Below are positions 16,945-25,824 of a DNA stretch of 63,549 nucleotides, piece after piece. The stretch lies in assembly GCA_964413735.1 (NCBI GenBank), contig CAYPSS010000001.1, positions 246,149-309,697 of the forward strand, given 5' to 3'. Source of the DNA: an uncultured Gammaproteobacteria bacterium (GTDB lineage: Bacteria; Patescibacteriota; Patescibacteriia; UBA11705). The translations under genes and the position numbers were made by a program. Each line of letters opens with the position of its first letter. The stretch's first letter is position 1. A model generated the notes under the pieces. That model was not told the DNA's origin. It saw only the letters and a list, made by a program, of their open reading frames with translations, and did no database searches.

Positions 16945-19755
16945 TTATTGGCAAGCTTCACAATCAGGGTCGGCAATTTTGCATAATTTGACCGGTTGAA
17001 AAGGCGCCTCTTCTTTTGCGGGGGTAGGGGGAATATTTTTAGAAGTTGGTGAGACAGAACTAAAATCATTGCGAGAATTTATTTTTTGTTGATTTAGCGC
17101 TACCGTACTTTTTTCAATACCGGAGGCAGCTAAGGTTCGCAAATAATAAGTGGTTTTCAATCCCATTGCCCAAGCATATTGATAAACTTCGGCCAGTCGT
17201 TTGCCGGAAGTGGTTTTTAGGAAAATATTCAGTGCTTGACTTTGGTCAATCCATTTTCCGCGATGGGCCGCTGATTTGATCAGCCATTCGGCATCAATGG
17301 CAAAAGTTTCCTTGTATTTGTTGCGCAGGTTAGCCGGGATGGCATTGATTTGGCTAATGTCTCCATCATGACTTTTTATTTGTTCAAGCATTTGTTGATT
17401 CCAGAGATTGATTTTTTTTAAGTCTTCAATCAAATATTTATTAACAATGGTAAATTCACCACTCATGTTGGATTTTACATAAATATTTTTGTAAATCGGT
17501 TCAATTGATGGTAGACAGTCGGCAATATTGGAAATCGTGGCGGTTGGAGCAATGGCCAAGCAATTGGAATTTCTCAGTCCATATTTTTTTATATCTTGAC
17601 GCAGAGTGTCCCAATCCAATCGAGTGATTTTATCAATGGCGATTTTTTGTCCTCGCTCATTTTCCAGCAGTTCAATGGTGTCAAAGGGTAATATGCCTCG
17701 TTCCCATTTTGAGCCGGAGAAACTTTGATAAGCGCCTTTTTCTTTGGCCAAATTAACAGATTCATTGATTGCGTAATAAGAAATGAATTCCATTGATTCA
17801 TCGGCAAATTGAACTGCCTCTTGGCTGTCAAAGTTTATATTCATTTGATAAAGAGCGTCTTGGAATCCCATTATTCCCAGTCCAATGGGTCGATGTTTAA
17901 GATTGGAATTTTTTGCTTCGACGGTTGGATAAAAATTTATATCAATTACATTATCCAGCATGCGCATGGCCGTGGTGATGGTTTGGCGCAATTTGTCATA
18001 GTCTAATTGTTGGTTGATAATATGTTTGGCCAAATTGATTGATCCCAAATTACATACCGCGGTTTCTTGAGCGGAAGTGTTTAGGGTGATTTCCGTACAC
18101 AAATTGGAATTGTGAATTACGCCGACATGATCTTGGGGAGAACGTACATTGCAGGGGTCTTTGAAAGTAATCCATGGATGTCCGGTTTCAAAAAGCATAG
18201 TCAACATTTTACGCCATAATTCTTGAGCTTTGATTTTTCGAAAAACTTTTATTTTTCCCGTTTCTGCCAATTTTTCATATTCCAAATATTTTTCCTCGAA
18301 TTTTTTGCCATAAATATGATGTAATTCCGGTGTCTCATGAGGAGAGAAAAATGTCCAGTCGGAGTCAGCGATTACTCTTTTCATAAATAAATCAGGCACC
18401 CAAGCAGCGGTATTCATGTCATGAGTGCGACGTCTTTCATCACCGGTATTGCGACGCAGTTCCAAAAAATCCTCAAAGTCATAATGCCAGGCTTCCAAAT
18501 AAGCACAAGTAGCGCCACGGCGACGACCGCTTCGATTGATGGCGACGGTGGTATCATTGGCGATTTTCAGAAAAGGGATTACTCCTTGACTTTCCACGCG
18601 TGTGCCTTTGATCAAGGAGCCCATACCGCGAATATTGGTCCAATCATTGCCAATGCCGCCGGACCATTTGGCCAGTTGAGCATTATCACCGATAGATTTA
18701 AAAATGTGTTCTAGAGAATCTTCAACAGTTGTCAAATAGCAAGAACTTAATTGCGGATGAACAGTCCCGGCATGAAATAAAGTTGGGGTGGAAGGAATAT
18801 AGTGTAAATTGGACATGATATTATAAAATTCAATAGCGCGCTCGTCGCGATTTTCTTCGTTGATAGCTATTCCCATGGCTACCCGCATCCAGAAAATTTG
18901 CGGCGTTTCCAATAATTGTTGGTTTTCCGGCAAACGCAATAAATATCGGTCAGACAAAGTTTGCAGTCCCAAATAATGAAAATTATTATCACGACTAATA
19001 TCCAGCTCTTGGCTGAGTTTATCCAAGTCAAATAATAAAATTTTAATATCCAAAATATTTTTTTGGACCGCGGTTTTAATGTTTTGAATAAAAGTTTGAC
19101 GATGCGCTTGAGTTAAATTTTGGGTATTAAAGTTTTCCGCCAAGGCCTCTTTGTAAATGGTATTATTTAATACTTTGGCGGCTAATAGGGAATAAGCCGG
19201 ATCTTGTTCAATTCGACTGCGTAAGGCTAAAATAATGGCTTCTTGAATTTTTTTGGTTTCAATTCCGTCATACAGTTCTTTTTGAACTTGGTAGGTAATG
19301 GTGTCAATGTCAATAATTTGATTTTCTTTTTCAATAAATAGGCTGAGAAATTTTTTGACTTTTTCCGGGGAAAATATTTCTTGGCGACCGTCGCGTTTGG
19401 TCACTTGCAATTGGTTTTGTTCCACTTTCTCCAATGTTTGCTTTTTATTTTGTTCGCGAATTTGGCGATGTTCATAACGATAGAGGATATACGCTTTGGC
19501 CGTTAGAAAAAGTTTATGATCCATTAAGTTTTTTTCCACAAAATTTTGCACATCTTCTACCGTGGGTATTTGTTCAATGGTGGAGAATGTCTTTTCCAAT
19601 TCCATGACAATATTTTGAGTGACATTGTTTAAAACTTGATCGGTAATTGGTTCGCTACAGGCTTGGCCGGCTTTTTGAATCGCTAACTTTATTTTGTTTT
19701 GATCAAAATCCACAATTTGTTGGTTTCTTTTTTTTATTTTAGTGAGGATAGACAT
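16945..19755 (-). CDS. nrdA: Ribonucleotide reductase alpha subunit with two N-terminal ATP-cone domains
   Basis: PSTPTLFHAG, QLSSCYL, SNLCTEI, AIAPTATIS, KTTYYLRT, C-terminal CxxxxxxCEACQ; cones begin KIKKRN and VTKRDG. Confidence 0.95.
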   Translation of the reverse strand: MSILTKIKKRNQQIVDFDQNKIKLAIQKAGQACSEPITDQVLNNVTQNIVMELEKTFSTIEQIPTVEDVQNFVEKNLMDHKLFLTAKAYILYRYEHRQIREQNKKQTLEKVEQNQLQVTKRDGRQEIFSPEKVKKFLSLFIEKENQIIDIDTITYQVQKELYDGIETKKIQEAIILALRSRIEQDPAYSLLAAKVLNNTIYKEALAENFNTQNLTQAHRQTFIQNIKTAVQKNILDIKILLFDLDKLSQELDISRDNNFHYLGLQTLSDRYLLRLPENQQLLETPQIFWMRVAMGIAINEENRDERAIEFYNIMSNLHYIPSTPTLFHAGTVHPQLSSCYLTTVEDSLEHIFKSIGDNAQLAKWSGGIGNDWTNIRGMGSLIKGTRVESQGVIPFLKIANDTTVAINRSGRRRGATCAYLEAWHYDFEDFLELRRNTGDERRRTHDMNTAAWVPDLFMKRVIADSDWTFFSPHETPELHHIYGKKFEEKYLEYEKLAETGKIKVFRKIKAQELWRKMLTMLFETGHPWITFKDPCNVRSPQDHVGVIHNSNLCTEITLNTSAQETAVCNLGSINLAKHIINQQLDYDKLRQTITTAMRMLDNVIDINFYPTVEAKNSNLKHRPIGLGIMGFQDALYQMNINFDSQEAVQFADESMEFISYYAINESVNLAKEKGAYQSFSGSKWERGILPFDTIELLENERGQKIAIDKITRLDWDTLRQDIKKYGLRNSNCLAIAPTATISNIADCLPSIEPIYKNIYVKSNMSGEFTIVNKYLIEDLKKINLWNQQMLEQIKSHDGDISQINAIPANLRNKYKETFAIDAEWLIKSAAHRGKWIDQSQALNIFLKTTSGKRLAEVYQYAWAMGLKTTYYLRTLAASGIEKSTVALNQQKINSRNDFSSVSPTSKNIPPTPAKEEAPFQPVKLCKIADPDCEACQ

Positions 19756-19819
19756 AATTTAGAGTGAAAATAATATACGTATATCATAATACGCATATTA
19801 TTTAAATTTTATTTTTTAT

Positions 19820-20398
19820 TTAAAGCACTTTGAGGACATTCCACCAAGCTTGAATATAATCTGGTCGTTTGTTTTGATACTTCAGGTAGTATGCATGTTC
19901 CCAGACATCAAGATTAAAGATCGGTTCATGACCTATTTCATACGGAGTGTCTTGGTTGGGCAATGAATACACTTTTAATTCTTGATTTTCATCGCGAACC
20001 AACCATGCCCAGCCACTGCCAAATTGCGATTTGGCCACAGTAATAAATTTTTCTTTGAATTCTTCCATTGAACCAAAGCTTTGAATGATTTCTGCTTGTA
20101 AACCCTCATTAATTTGTTTTTTTGCCGATAAATTTTCCCAAAAAATATTATGATTGATATAACCGCCACCAAAGTTACGAATAAGTTGGCGATCAGTTTC
20201 TTCTACCGGTAAGGTTTTTAACTCGCGAAAAATTTTTTCCAAAGGCCAGGCGGTTAATTCCGGATATTTGCCTAAGACTTCGTTGAATTTGTCAGCGTAA
20301 GCTTGATGATGCTTGGTGTAATGGATTTCCATAGTTTGCGCATCGATGTGTGGTTCGAGATCATTGAATGAATAATTGAGTTCGGGTAATTTAAACAT
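19820..20398 (-). CDS. sod: Fe/Mn superoxide dismutase
   Basis: LEPHID..TMEIHYTKHH, FGSGWAWL, DVWEHAYYL. Confidence 0.96.
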   Translation of the reverse strand: MFKLPELNYSFNDLEPHIDAQTMEIHYTKHHQAYADKFNEVLGKYPELTAWPLEKIFRELKTLPVEETDRQLIRNFGGGYINHNIFWENLSAKKQINEGLQAEIIQSFGSMEEFKEKFITVAKSQFGSGWAWLVRDENQELKVYSLPNQDTPYEIGHEPIFNLDVWEHAYYLKYQNKRPDYIQAWWNVLKVL

Positions 20399-20418
20399 AG
20401 GATTTGTTTTATTAATAA

Positions 20419-21003
20419 TTATATTTTTCCCACTAAATTAATTCCCGGTTTCAAGGTTTGTTCTCCCGGTTGCCAATTAGCTGGGCAAACTTCTCCGCCA
20501 TGTTGGCGCACAAAGATTGCGGCTTGCAGTTTTCGTAAGGTTTCCGAAGCACTACGACCAATATTATTGTCATGAATTTCCATGGTTCTAATTATTCCAT
20601 CAGGATCAATGATAAAAGTTCCTCGCAAAGACAATCCTTCCTTTGGCAGATAAGTACCAAAAAATTGGCAAACATCTCCGGTTGGATCAGCTACCATAGG
20701 GAATTCCACATTTTTGATTGCTTCCGAATGATCATGCCAAGCTTTGTGCACAAAAGCGGTATCGGTGCTGACACTGAGAACTTCAGCTCCCAGTTCTTGA
20801 AACTTGGAATAATTTTGGGCCATTTCCTTTAATTCCGTTGGACAAACAAAAGTAAAGTCTGCCGGGTAAAAAAATAAAATCACCCATTGTCCCAAGTATG
20901 ATTGCAGGTTAACTTTCTTAAATTGGTTTTCATGATAAATTTCCACCTCCAGATCAGGCATTTTTTTGCCGATCAGTGGTTGTCTGAATTGTTTTTCTTC
21001 CAT
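20419..21003 (-). CDS. ahpC: 2-Cys peroxiredoxin AhpC
   Basis: YPADFTFVCPTE and VCPANW; ATG 21003 chosen. Confidence 0.95.
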   Translation of the reverse strand: MEEKQFRQPLIGKKMPDLEVEIYHENQFKKVNLQSYLGQWVILFFYPADFTFVCPTELKEMAQNYSKFQELGAEVLSVSTDTAFVHKAWHDHSEAIKNVEFPMVADPTGDVCQFFGTYLPKEGLSLRGTFIIDPDGIIRTMEIHDNNIGRSASETLRKLQAAIFVRQHGGEVCPANWQPGEQTLKPGINLVGKI

Positions 21004-21016
21004 AAAAATATGATTA

Positions 21017-21415
21017 TTATTTACATTGATGACAAACCCCATATACTTTGCAAATACTGATATGCGGTGTGCCGTATTTTTTTAATTTTTGACGATTGAG
21101 ATAATTGGTATCCATAATATCCATGATTTGTCCGCAGCGCTCGCAAATAAAGTGAATATGATCACCATTGTTACCATCATAATGAGTTTTATCATCTTCG
21201 GTGTGAAGTTGAATAATATAGTGGTGATCAACCAGAAATTTTAAGTTACGATATACAGTTCCGAGGCTGATGTTGGGAATTTGCTTACGAACTTGGGCGT
21301 AAATGGTTTGAGCGGTAGGGTGGGAAGTCACTTGACGTAAATAATTCAAAATAATTAACCGTTGTTTGGTTAGTCGTTTCCCGCAATCATTTAGTTGATC
21401 TCTTAAGTTCAGCAT
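21017..21415 (-). CDS. perR: Fur-family repressor, PerR-like
   Basis: HPTA, SLGTVYRNL, YDGNNGDHIHFICERCG, C-terminal CxxC; sits upstream of ahpC and sod. Confidence 0.85.
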   Translation of the reverse strand: MLNLRDQLNDCGKRLTKQRLIILNYLRQVTSHPTAQTIYAQVRKQIPNISLGTVYRNLKFLVDHHYIIQLHTEDDKTHYDGNNGDHIHFICERCGQIMDIMDTNYLNRQKLKKYGTPHISICKVYGVCHQCK

Positions 21416-21429
21416 GGTTTTTAGATTAT

Positions 21430-21444
21430 CAGTAATCATTACTA
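21430..21444. promoter_or_regulatory. Fur/PerR-type 7-1-7 operator
   Basis: cAGTAAT-c-ATTACTa palindrome overlapping the predicted perR transcription start; resembles the Bacillus Per box TTATAATnATTATAA. Confidence 0.65.
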
Positions 21445-21596
21445 ATAATATAATACGCAGAGAATTTCTTGTAAATACTATATGTTGTGGATAAGTTGAT
21501 TTTTTATCTACTAGATACAGGCAAAGTTGCTAAAAAATTAAAATAGCTTAATTACGTGCAAAAATTTAATTATTTTGATATAATACCGGTGAAAAT

Positions 21597-22247
21597 ATGA
21601 GCAAGAACAATATAAAATTAGTAGCCTTTGATGTGGATGGTGTTTTGTTAAGGGTTAATAAGGGCGGTTTTAAAGAAGTGGCCGAGTTTTTGGGTAAGGG
21701 TGATGCGGTTAAGGAGATTCACAAGGAATATGAACGTAAGAAAAATCAAGGTCCGTGGGGCCTGGTGGAATTGGCGCAACTGTATGCCGGCTTTAAGGAA
21801 AAATATTTATTGCAAATTGCCAATGGTTATGTGGAAACTCATTTGATGCCCGGAGCGGAAAAATTAATTTCTTGGTTAAAAAAACAAGATATTAAAGTGA
21901 TTGCCATTAGTTCCAATCCCCATTTTATTTTGGATGTCTTGGCCAAAAAATTAAAATTGGATTTTGTGAAAGGTAATGAATTGGAATATGTTGATGGTGT
22001 GGCTACTGGGAAAATATCTCAAGAAATGAATCGTCACATGAAGGCGAAGGTTTTACAAAACAAAATTAATGAATGGAGTATTGAAAAAAGTGAAATCGCT
22101 ATTGTTGGAGAATCAGTGACTGATTTGCCAATGTCTGAATTGGCGAATTTGTTTATTGGATTTAATCCTAACAGTGAAATAATGAACAAGGTTGATTTTT
22201 GGGTGAAAGCTGATGATTTGCGGGCGGTTTATGGTTTTTTGGTTTAA
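21597..22247 (+). CDS. HAD-IB hydrolase, phosphoserine-phosphatase-like
   Basis: FDVDGVL motif I, ISSN motif II, K in motif III, GESVTD variant of motif IV. Confidence 0.8.
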   Translation: MSKNNIKLVAFDVDGVLLRVNKGGFKEVAEFLGKGDAVKEIHKEYERKKNQGPWGLVELAQLYAGFKEKYLLQIANGYVETHLMPGAEKLISWLKKQDIKVIAISSNPHFILDVLAKKLKLDFVKGNELEYVDGVATGKISQEMNRHMKAKVLQNKINEWSIEKSEIAIVGESVTDLPMSELANLFIGFNPNSEIMNKVDFWVKADDLRAVYGFLV

Positions 22248-22249
22248 TT

Positions 22250-23047
22250 ATGATTAAATTAATTGAATTTAAAAATCAAAAAAAAGAAATTTTGCGCGGT
22301 TTATTAAACCCGGCTGATTCTGATCAAGCGGTGGTTTTTGTTCATGGGTTTGAGCGCACTAGCATTGAGATGAAGTTCAAGAATATTGTTGATCGGTTAA
22401 AGGATGAAATGGTTTTGTGGCGCTTTGATTTTTCCGGTTGCGGCTTGTCTGATGGTAATTTTACTGATGTTACGGTGGAAAAAATGGCTCAGGAATTAAA
22501 TTGTGCTCTTAAGACTTTAATAAAATATTATCCTAAAATAAAAAAAATAATTTTGGTGGGGCATAGTCTTGCCGGTTGTGTGATAATTGATTTCTTAACT
22601 AAATTTGATCTTCCAATTCATAAAGTGGTATTGTTTGGTCCGGCGTGGAATCAACAACAATTATTACGTTATTACTTTGTTCGAGCAATGTACAAGGATA
22701 GACAATCAATTAATTGGGATAATTGGCCAGATTTTTTTCGAGAAATAGATTTTAATCGTTGGTTAAATTCAAAAAATAAAATGCACAAAGCGCATATGAT
22801 TAACAATCAGTATTTCCGTGAAAATGAAAATCGTGATTATGGTTCTGGGTTGGATAATATTAATTTTCCTTTGGATAAAATGTTGTTAATACTTGGTGGT
22901 CAAGATGACAAGGTGCCGCCGGCGAGTTTAGGTCAATTGTCGAGGCACATTAAAAAAATTATTGTTAAACAAGCTGATCATGATTTCGAACGACCGGATG
23001 TGGTAAAAAAATATTTGCCATTATTATTAAAATTTATTCGAATTTGA
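22250..23047 (+). CDS. Alpha/beta hydrolase
   Basis: VFVHGF, RFDFSGCGLSDG, GHSLAG nucleophile elbow, DDKVP, ADHDF. Confidence 0.88.
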   Translation: MIKLIEFKNQKKEILRGLLNPADSDQAVVFVHGFERTSIEMKFKNIVDRLKDEMVLWRFDFSGCGLSDGNFTDVTVEKMAQELNCALKTLIKYYPKIKKIILVGHSLAGCVIIDFLTKFDLPIHKVVLFGPAWNQQQLLRYYFVRAMYKDRQSINWDNWPDFFREIDFNRWLNSKNKMHKAHMINNQYFRENENRDYGSGLDNINFPLDKMLLILGGQDDKVPPASLGQLSRHIKKIIVKQADHDFERPDVVKKYLPLLLKFIRI

Positions 23048-23052
23048 TTTTT

Positions 23053-23481
23053 ATGTTGCAGGGTTGGAAAAAATATTTTACTTGGGGTTTTATTTGGCAT
23101 TATGCGAAGAATAACAGGCGTGAATTGTTGCGTTATCTTTTCGTGGGTTTAATGGGATTGGTGATTGACTTTACTTTGTTTTTTGTTTTGGTGCATTTGA
23201 CTGTGCCGGTAATGGTAGCGCAATGGTTTGCTTCATTGTCAGGTTTTTCTCACAACCATTTATGGCAACATTTCAAAATTTTTAATCATAATCAATCGTT
23301 CAAAAGAACTTATACTTTGGGAATGTTGTTATCCATTATCAGTATTATGATTTCCGGGCCATTGTTGGTTTTTATCCATCACTATTTACCGATTTTATGG
23401 TTGAGTAAAGTTTTGATGCTGGGAATTTTAACTTTAATTCAATATATAATTAGGAAAAAGTATATTTTCATTAATCGTTAA
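23053..23481 (+). CDS. GtrA-family membrane protein
   Basis: LRYLFVG....IDFTLF pattern, 4 TM segments, K.YIF C-terminus. Confidence 0.75.
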   Translation: MLQGWKKYFTWGFIWHYAKNNRRELLRYLFVGLMGLVIDFTLFFVLVHLTVPVMVAQWFASLSGFSHNHLWQHFKIFNHNQSFKRTYTLGMLLSIISIMISGPLLVFIHHYLPILWLSKVLMLGILTLIQYIIRKKYIFINR

Positions 23482-23496
23482 ATTTTTTAAATGAAA

Positions 23497-23702
23497 ATCC
23501 GCCTATCATTGAGGCGGTTTTTTGATTTTTGTTTTAATAAGTTGTGGTGTGATTGGGATAGCGGTTAAAAGAACATTGCGAATAGAACTAAGAACATGGG
23601 TTTTGGGAACAAGAACAACACTTATAAAAAGTGAAAAAAAGGGATACAGGGTGGCAAATGGCGCCACATTCATATTATAATGAACTTAATTATAAAAATC
23701 AA
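23497..23702 (-). other. Promoter-to-terminator unit with five GUUC motifs (candidate sRNA or 55-aa peptide)
   Basis: TTGATT-17-TATAAT (23697-23702 and 23674-23679), hairpin 23499-23517, gaac at 23571, 23585, 23592, 23607, 23613 on the plus strand. Confidence 0.35.
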
Positions 23703-23804
23703 ATAGCAGTTGACAGAATTATATTTTTTGCTAAAGTAATTGATTCATTGCACCTTGATAATCATACCAAACGATTTTTGCCAACCCTTCAAAAGGAGAA
23801 ATAA

Positions 23805-24023
23805 ATGGAATTATTTATCGCCTTTCTTGTGGTTGTGATGTATGTTGTTGTTGGGTTTATTGTTGCTTTGTTACTCAAGGAATCAATTAATGAAGCTAAA
23901 CAATTGGACATTCCATTGATTAAGTCGCCTTTATTTTGTATTACTTCCATTGTTGCCTTGATTCTGATTGTTTTAGTGGTTAAATTTATCTATGCTTCTT
24001 TTGTGTACTTTTCTGGTGGTTAG
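23805..24023 (+). CDS. Small 2-TM protein (KSPLF family)
   Basis: AGGAG RBS; two hydrophobic helices around LIKSPLF. Confidence 0.75.
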   Translation: MELFIAFLVVVMYVVVGFIVALLLKESINEAKQLDIPLIKSPLFCITSIVALILIVLVVKFIYASFVYFSGG

Positions 24024-24044
24024 CTATAACCGGGGAGGAGAGAA

Positions 24045-24278
24045 ATGGATACATTTATCAATTGGCTTTTTATTGTTCTTATGTTGCTTGTTTCTTTATT
24101 TATTGTTTATTTCATGATTAGGACTATCAGTTTTATGATTAAACAAGAGAAAAAAACAACAACCTCAATTTTGAAATCCCCGTTATTTTGGTTGGGTATG
24201 TTTATTTGCACACTATCGGCAATCGCTGTGCTTAAGGGTCTAGGTAGTTTATTAGCATCTTACTTGAATATCGGGTAA
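24045..24278 (+). CDS. Small 2-TM protein (KSPLF family)
   Basis: GGAGG RBS; ILKSPLF motif. Confidence 0.75.
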   Translation: MDTFINWLFIVLMLLVSLFIVYFMIRTISFMIKQEKKTTTSILKSPLFWLGMFICTLSAIAVLKGLGSLLASYLNIG

Positions 24279-24300
24279 TCCTTTAACCGGAGAAAGGAAG

Positions 24301-24516
24301 ATGTTGAAAACCATTTTGTTTTTGTTTGCATTGACTGTTGTAGGTGGAATGTTGTTTATGGTTTTTAACAGTATTCGTCAAGATTCAAAAAGTGGGGTTG
24401 TGTATATTTTCAAAAATCCGAATTTTTATTTGCTGGTCATTATCTTTTTATTTTGGCTTTATGGGGTATTTACTGTAATTCAAGATTTGGTAGCGTATTT
24501 TTTAAGGGTAAGTTAA
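24301..24516 (+). CDS. Small 2-TM protein (KSPLF family)
   Basis: RBS; IFKNPNF motif; terminator 24521-24541. Confidence 0.75.
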   Translation: MLKTILFLFALTVVGGMLFMVFNSIRQDSKSGVVYIFKNPNFYLLVIIFLFWLYGVFTVIQDLVAYFLRVS

Positions 24517-24613
24517 TTTGAAGTCTGATAACATCAGACTTTTTTTATTTTGGCTTAATTGACAATTTTTATGATTATGGTAAATTAACGGGCGGTCGTA
24601 TGGAGAGTCAGCC

Positions 24614-24874
24614 ATGAGCCAAGAATTTTGGTTTTGGTTTATCACAGTATTTCAGCTAATATCTTTTGTTCTTTTAATTTCATTGATTATCATTCAAAAG
24701 CTTTTAATTGCAGAGATGGGAAAGCCGGATCAAAATTCATTGAACAGAGTGAAAAAATTGAATAAATGGTTAGGCGTTATTCTGATTTTATTTTCGATAT
24801 TTTGGCTTATTAATCTTTGTATCTTTGCTCGCTACTATTTTGTTGGAATAACGATTTTTTCTCCCCCAACATAA
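24614..24874 (+). CDS. Small 2-TM protein
   Basis: Own TTGACA promoter, GGAG RBS, two TM segments. Confidence 0.7.
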   Translation: MSQEFWFWFITVFQLISFVLLISLIIIQKLLIAEMGKPDQNSLNRVKKLNKWLGVILILFSIFWLINLCIFARYYFVGITIFSPPT

Positions 24875-24884
24875 GGAGGAGTCA

Positions 24885-25130
24885 ATGGAGCCGTGTACGC
24901 TTTGTTTGGTTGGGAAAATTTTACTGACCTGCGGGATGATGATTTTGTTCGGTCTTTTAATTGTTCATTACATTAAGTTATTTAAAAACATGTTGGCGGC
25001 CATTAAAGGTCGCCATGAAGATTATCCGGCTTTGGTGCAAAAAGTGATTAATCGAAGCGCTATTTTGGCAGTTATTTTGGCGGTGATTTCTTGGGTTTTG
25101 AATATTGTTCTTTCTTCTGGAGGTGGCTGA
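24885..25130 (+). CDS. Small 2-TM protein
   Basis: AGGAGG RBS; N-terminal CxxC (MEPCTLC). Confidence 0.7.
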   Translation: MEPCTLCLVGKILLTCGMMILFGLLIVHYIKLFKNMLAAIKGRHEDYPALVQKVINRSAILAVILAVISWVLNIVLSSGGG

Positions 25131-25384
25131 TGGAAGCGATTTTTGGCAATATCTTATATCAACAGATTATTTTCTGTGCGATTGCTGTTCTAGCTTTGGT
25201 AAGCTTGGGGTTAGTGTTGAGGGTGTATGTTAAATTGTGTAAGAGGATTTGCTTGATTACCAAACCAGGTACCAAAAATCGTAGAAAGCATGTAATTAAT
25301 TTAGCAGTGATTGGATTGTTGATTTTTGGGATGACTGTTTTTGCTGGTTATATAATTGTTGTGGAGTTTATAAAATTGTTTTGA
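25130..25384 (+). CDS. Small 2-TM protein
   Basis: TGATG overlap with the upstream gene and GGAGG; terminator 25389-25409. Confidence 0.7.
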   Translation: MEAIFGNILYQQIIFCAIAVLALVSLGLVLRVYVKLCKRICLITKPGTKNRRKHVINLAVIGLLIFGMTVFAGYIIVVEFIKLF

Positions 25385-25548
25385 TTAGTGGACTGATAAT
25401 ATCAGTCCATTTTTATTTTGCGTGTTTGTTTTTGTCGGGTATTTTTTAAATTTTATAGGATTTTGATTTTTAAAGGCTGATAACAGTAAACTTGACAATC
25501 TCAATATTTATGATATACTGTTCATGCCTTACGGGAATGGAGGCCTCT

Positions 25549-25824
25549 ATGACTGTGAATATTGGGAATCATTTTTTATTTGTATTTGTTGTTGTAAATT
25601 TGCAGATTTTGATTCTTTTGGTGTTTGGGATGACCCTGAAAAAATTCTTTCCTGTTATTAGAAAAGCTTGGAGTTCGTTATCTTTGAAGACATTGGATGT
25701 AAAGAAAATTGTTTTGTTGATTACGCTGGTTTTGCTGGCTTTGGATATGGGGGTAATCATTGGGATTTATCTTTTTGATATTGAATATCAACTTGCATCG
25801 AGAATTATCTCAAAACTGTTTTAA
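25549..25824 (+). CDS. Small 2-TM protein
   Basis: TTGACA promoter at 25492, GGAGG before ATG 25549; terminator 25831-25851. Confidence 0.7.
   Translation: MTVNIGNHFLFVFVVVNLQILILLVFGMTLKKFFPVIRKAWSSLSLKTLDVKKIVLLITLVLLALDMGVIIGIYLFDIEYQLASRIISKLF

Noticed and set aside
19770-19800. ATATACGTATAT palindrome upstream of nrdA as an NrdR or SOS box (similar TATACGTA at 31460 and 62307)
   Set aside because: It does not match the NrdR consensus, overlaps probable -10 elements and is easily produced by chance in AT-rich DNA.
21486-21494. Perfect DnaA box TGTGGATAA (plus a near-match at 4637) suggesting oriC
   Set aside because: Isolated single boxes with no dnaA/dnaN or box cluster nearby. A regulatory role at the perR promoter cannot be supported from one 9-mer.
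23571-23616. GAAC repeats as LexA operators
   Set aside because: There is no inverted GAAC-N4-GTTC pair, the spacings (10, 3, 11, 2) do not fit GAAC-N7-GAAC, and no DNA-repair gene is adjacent.
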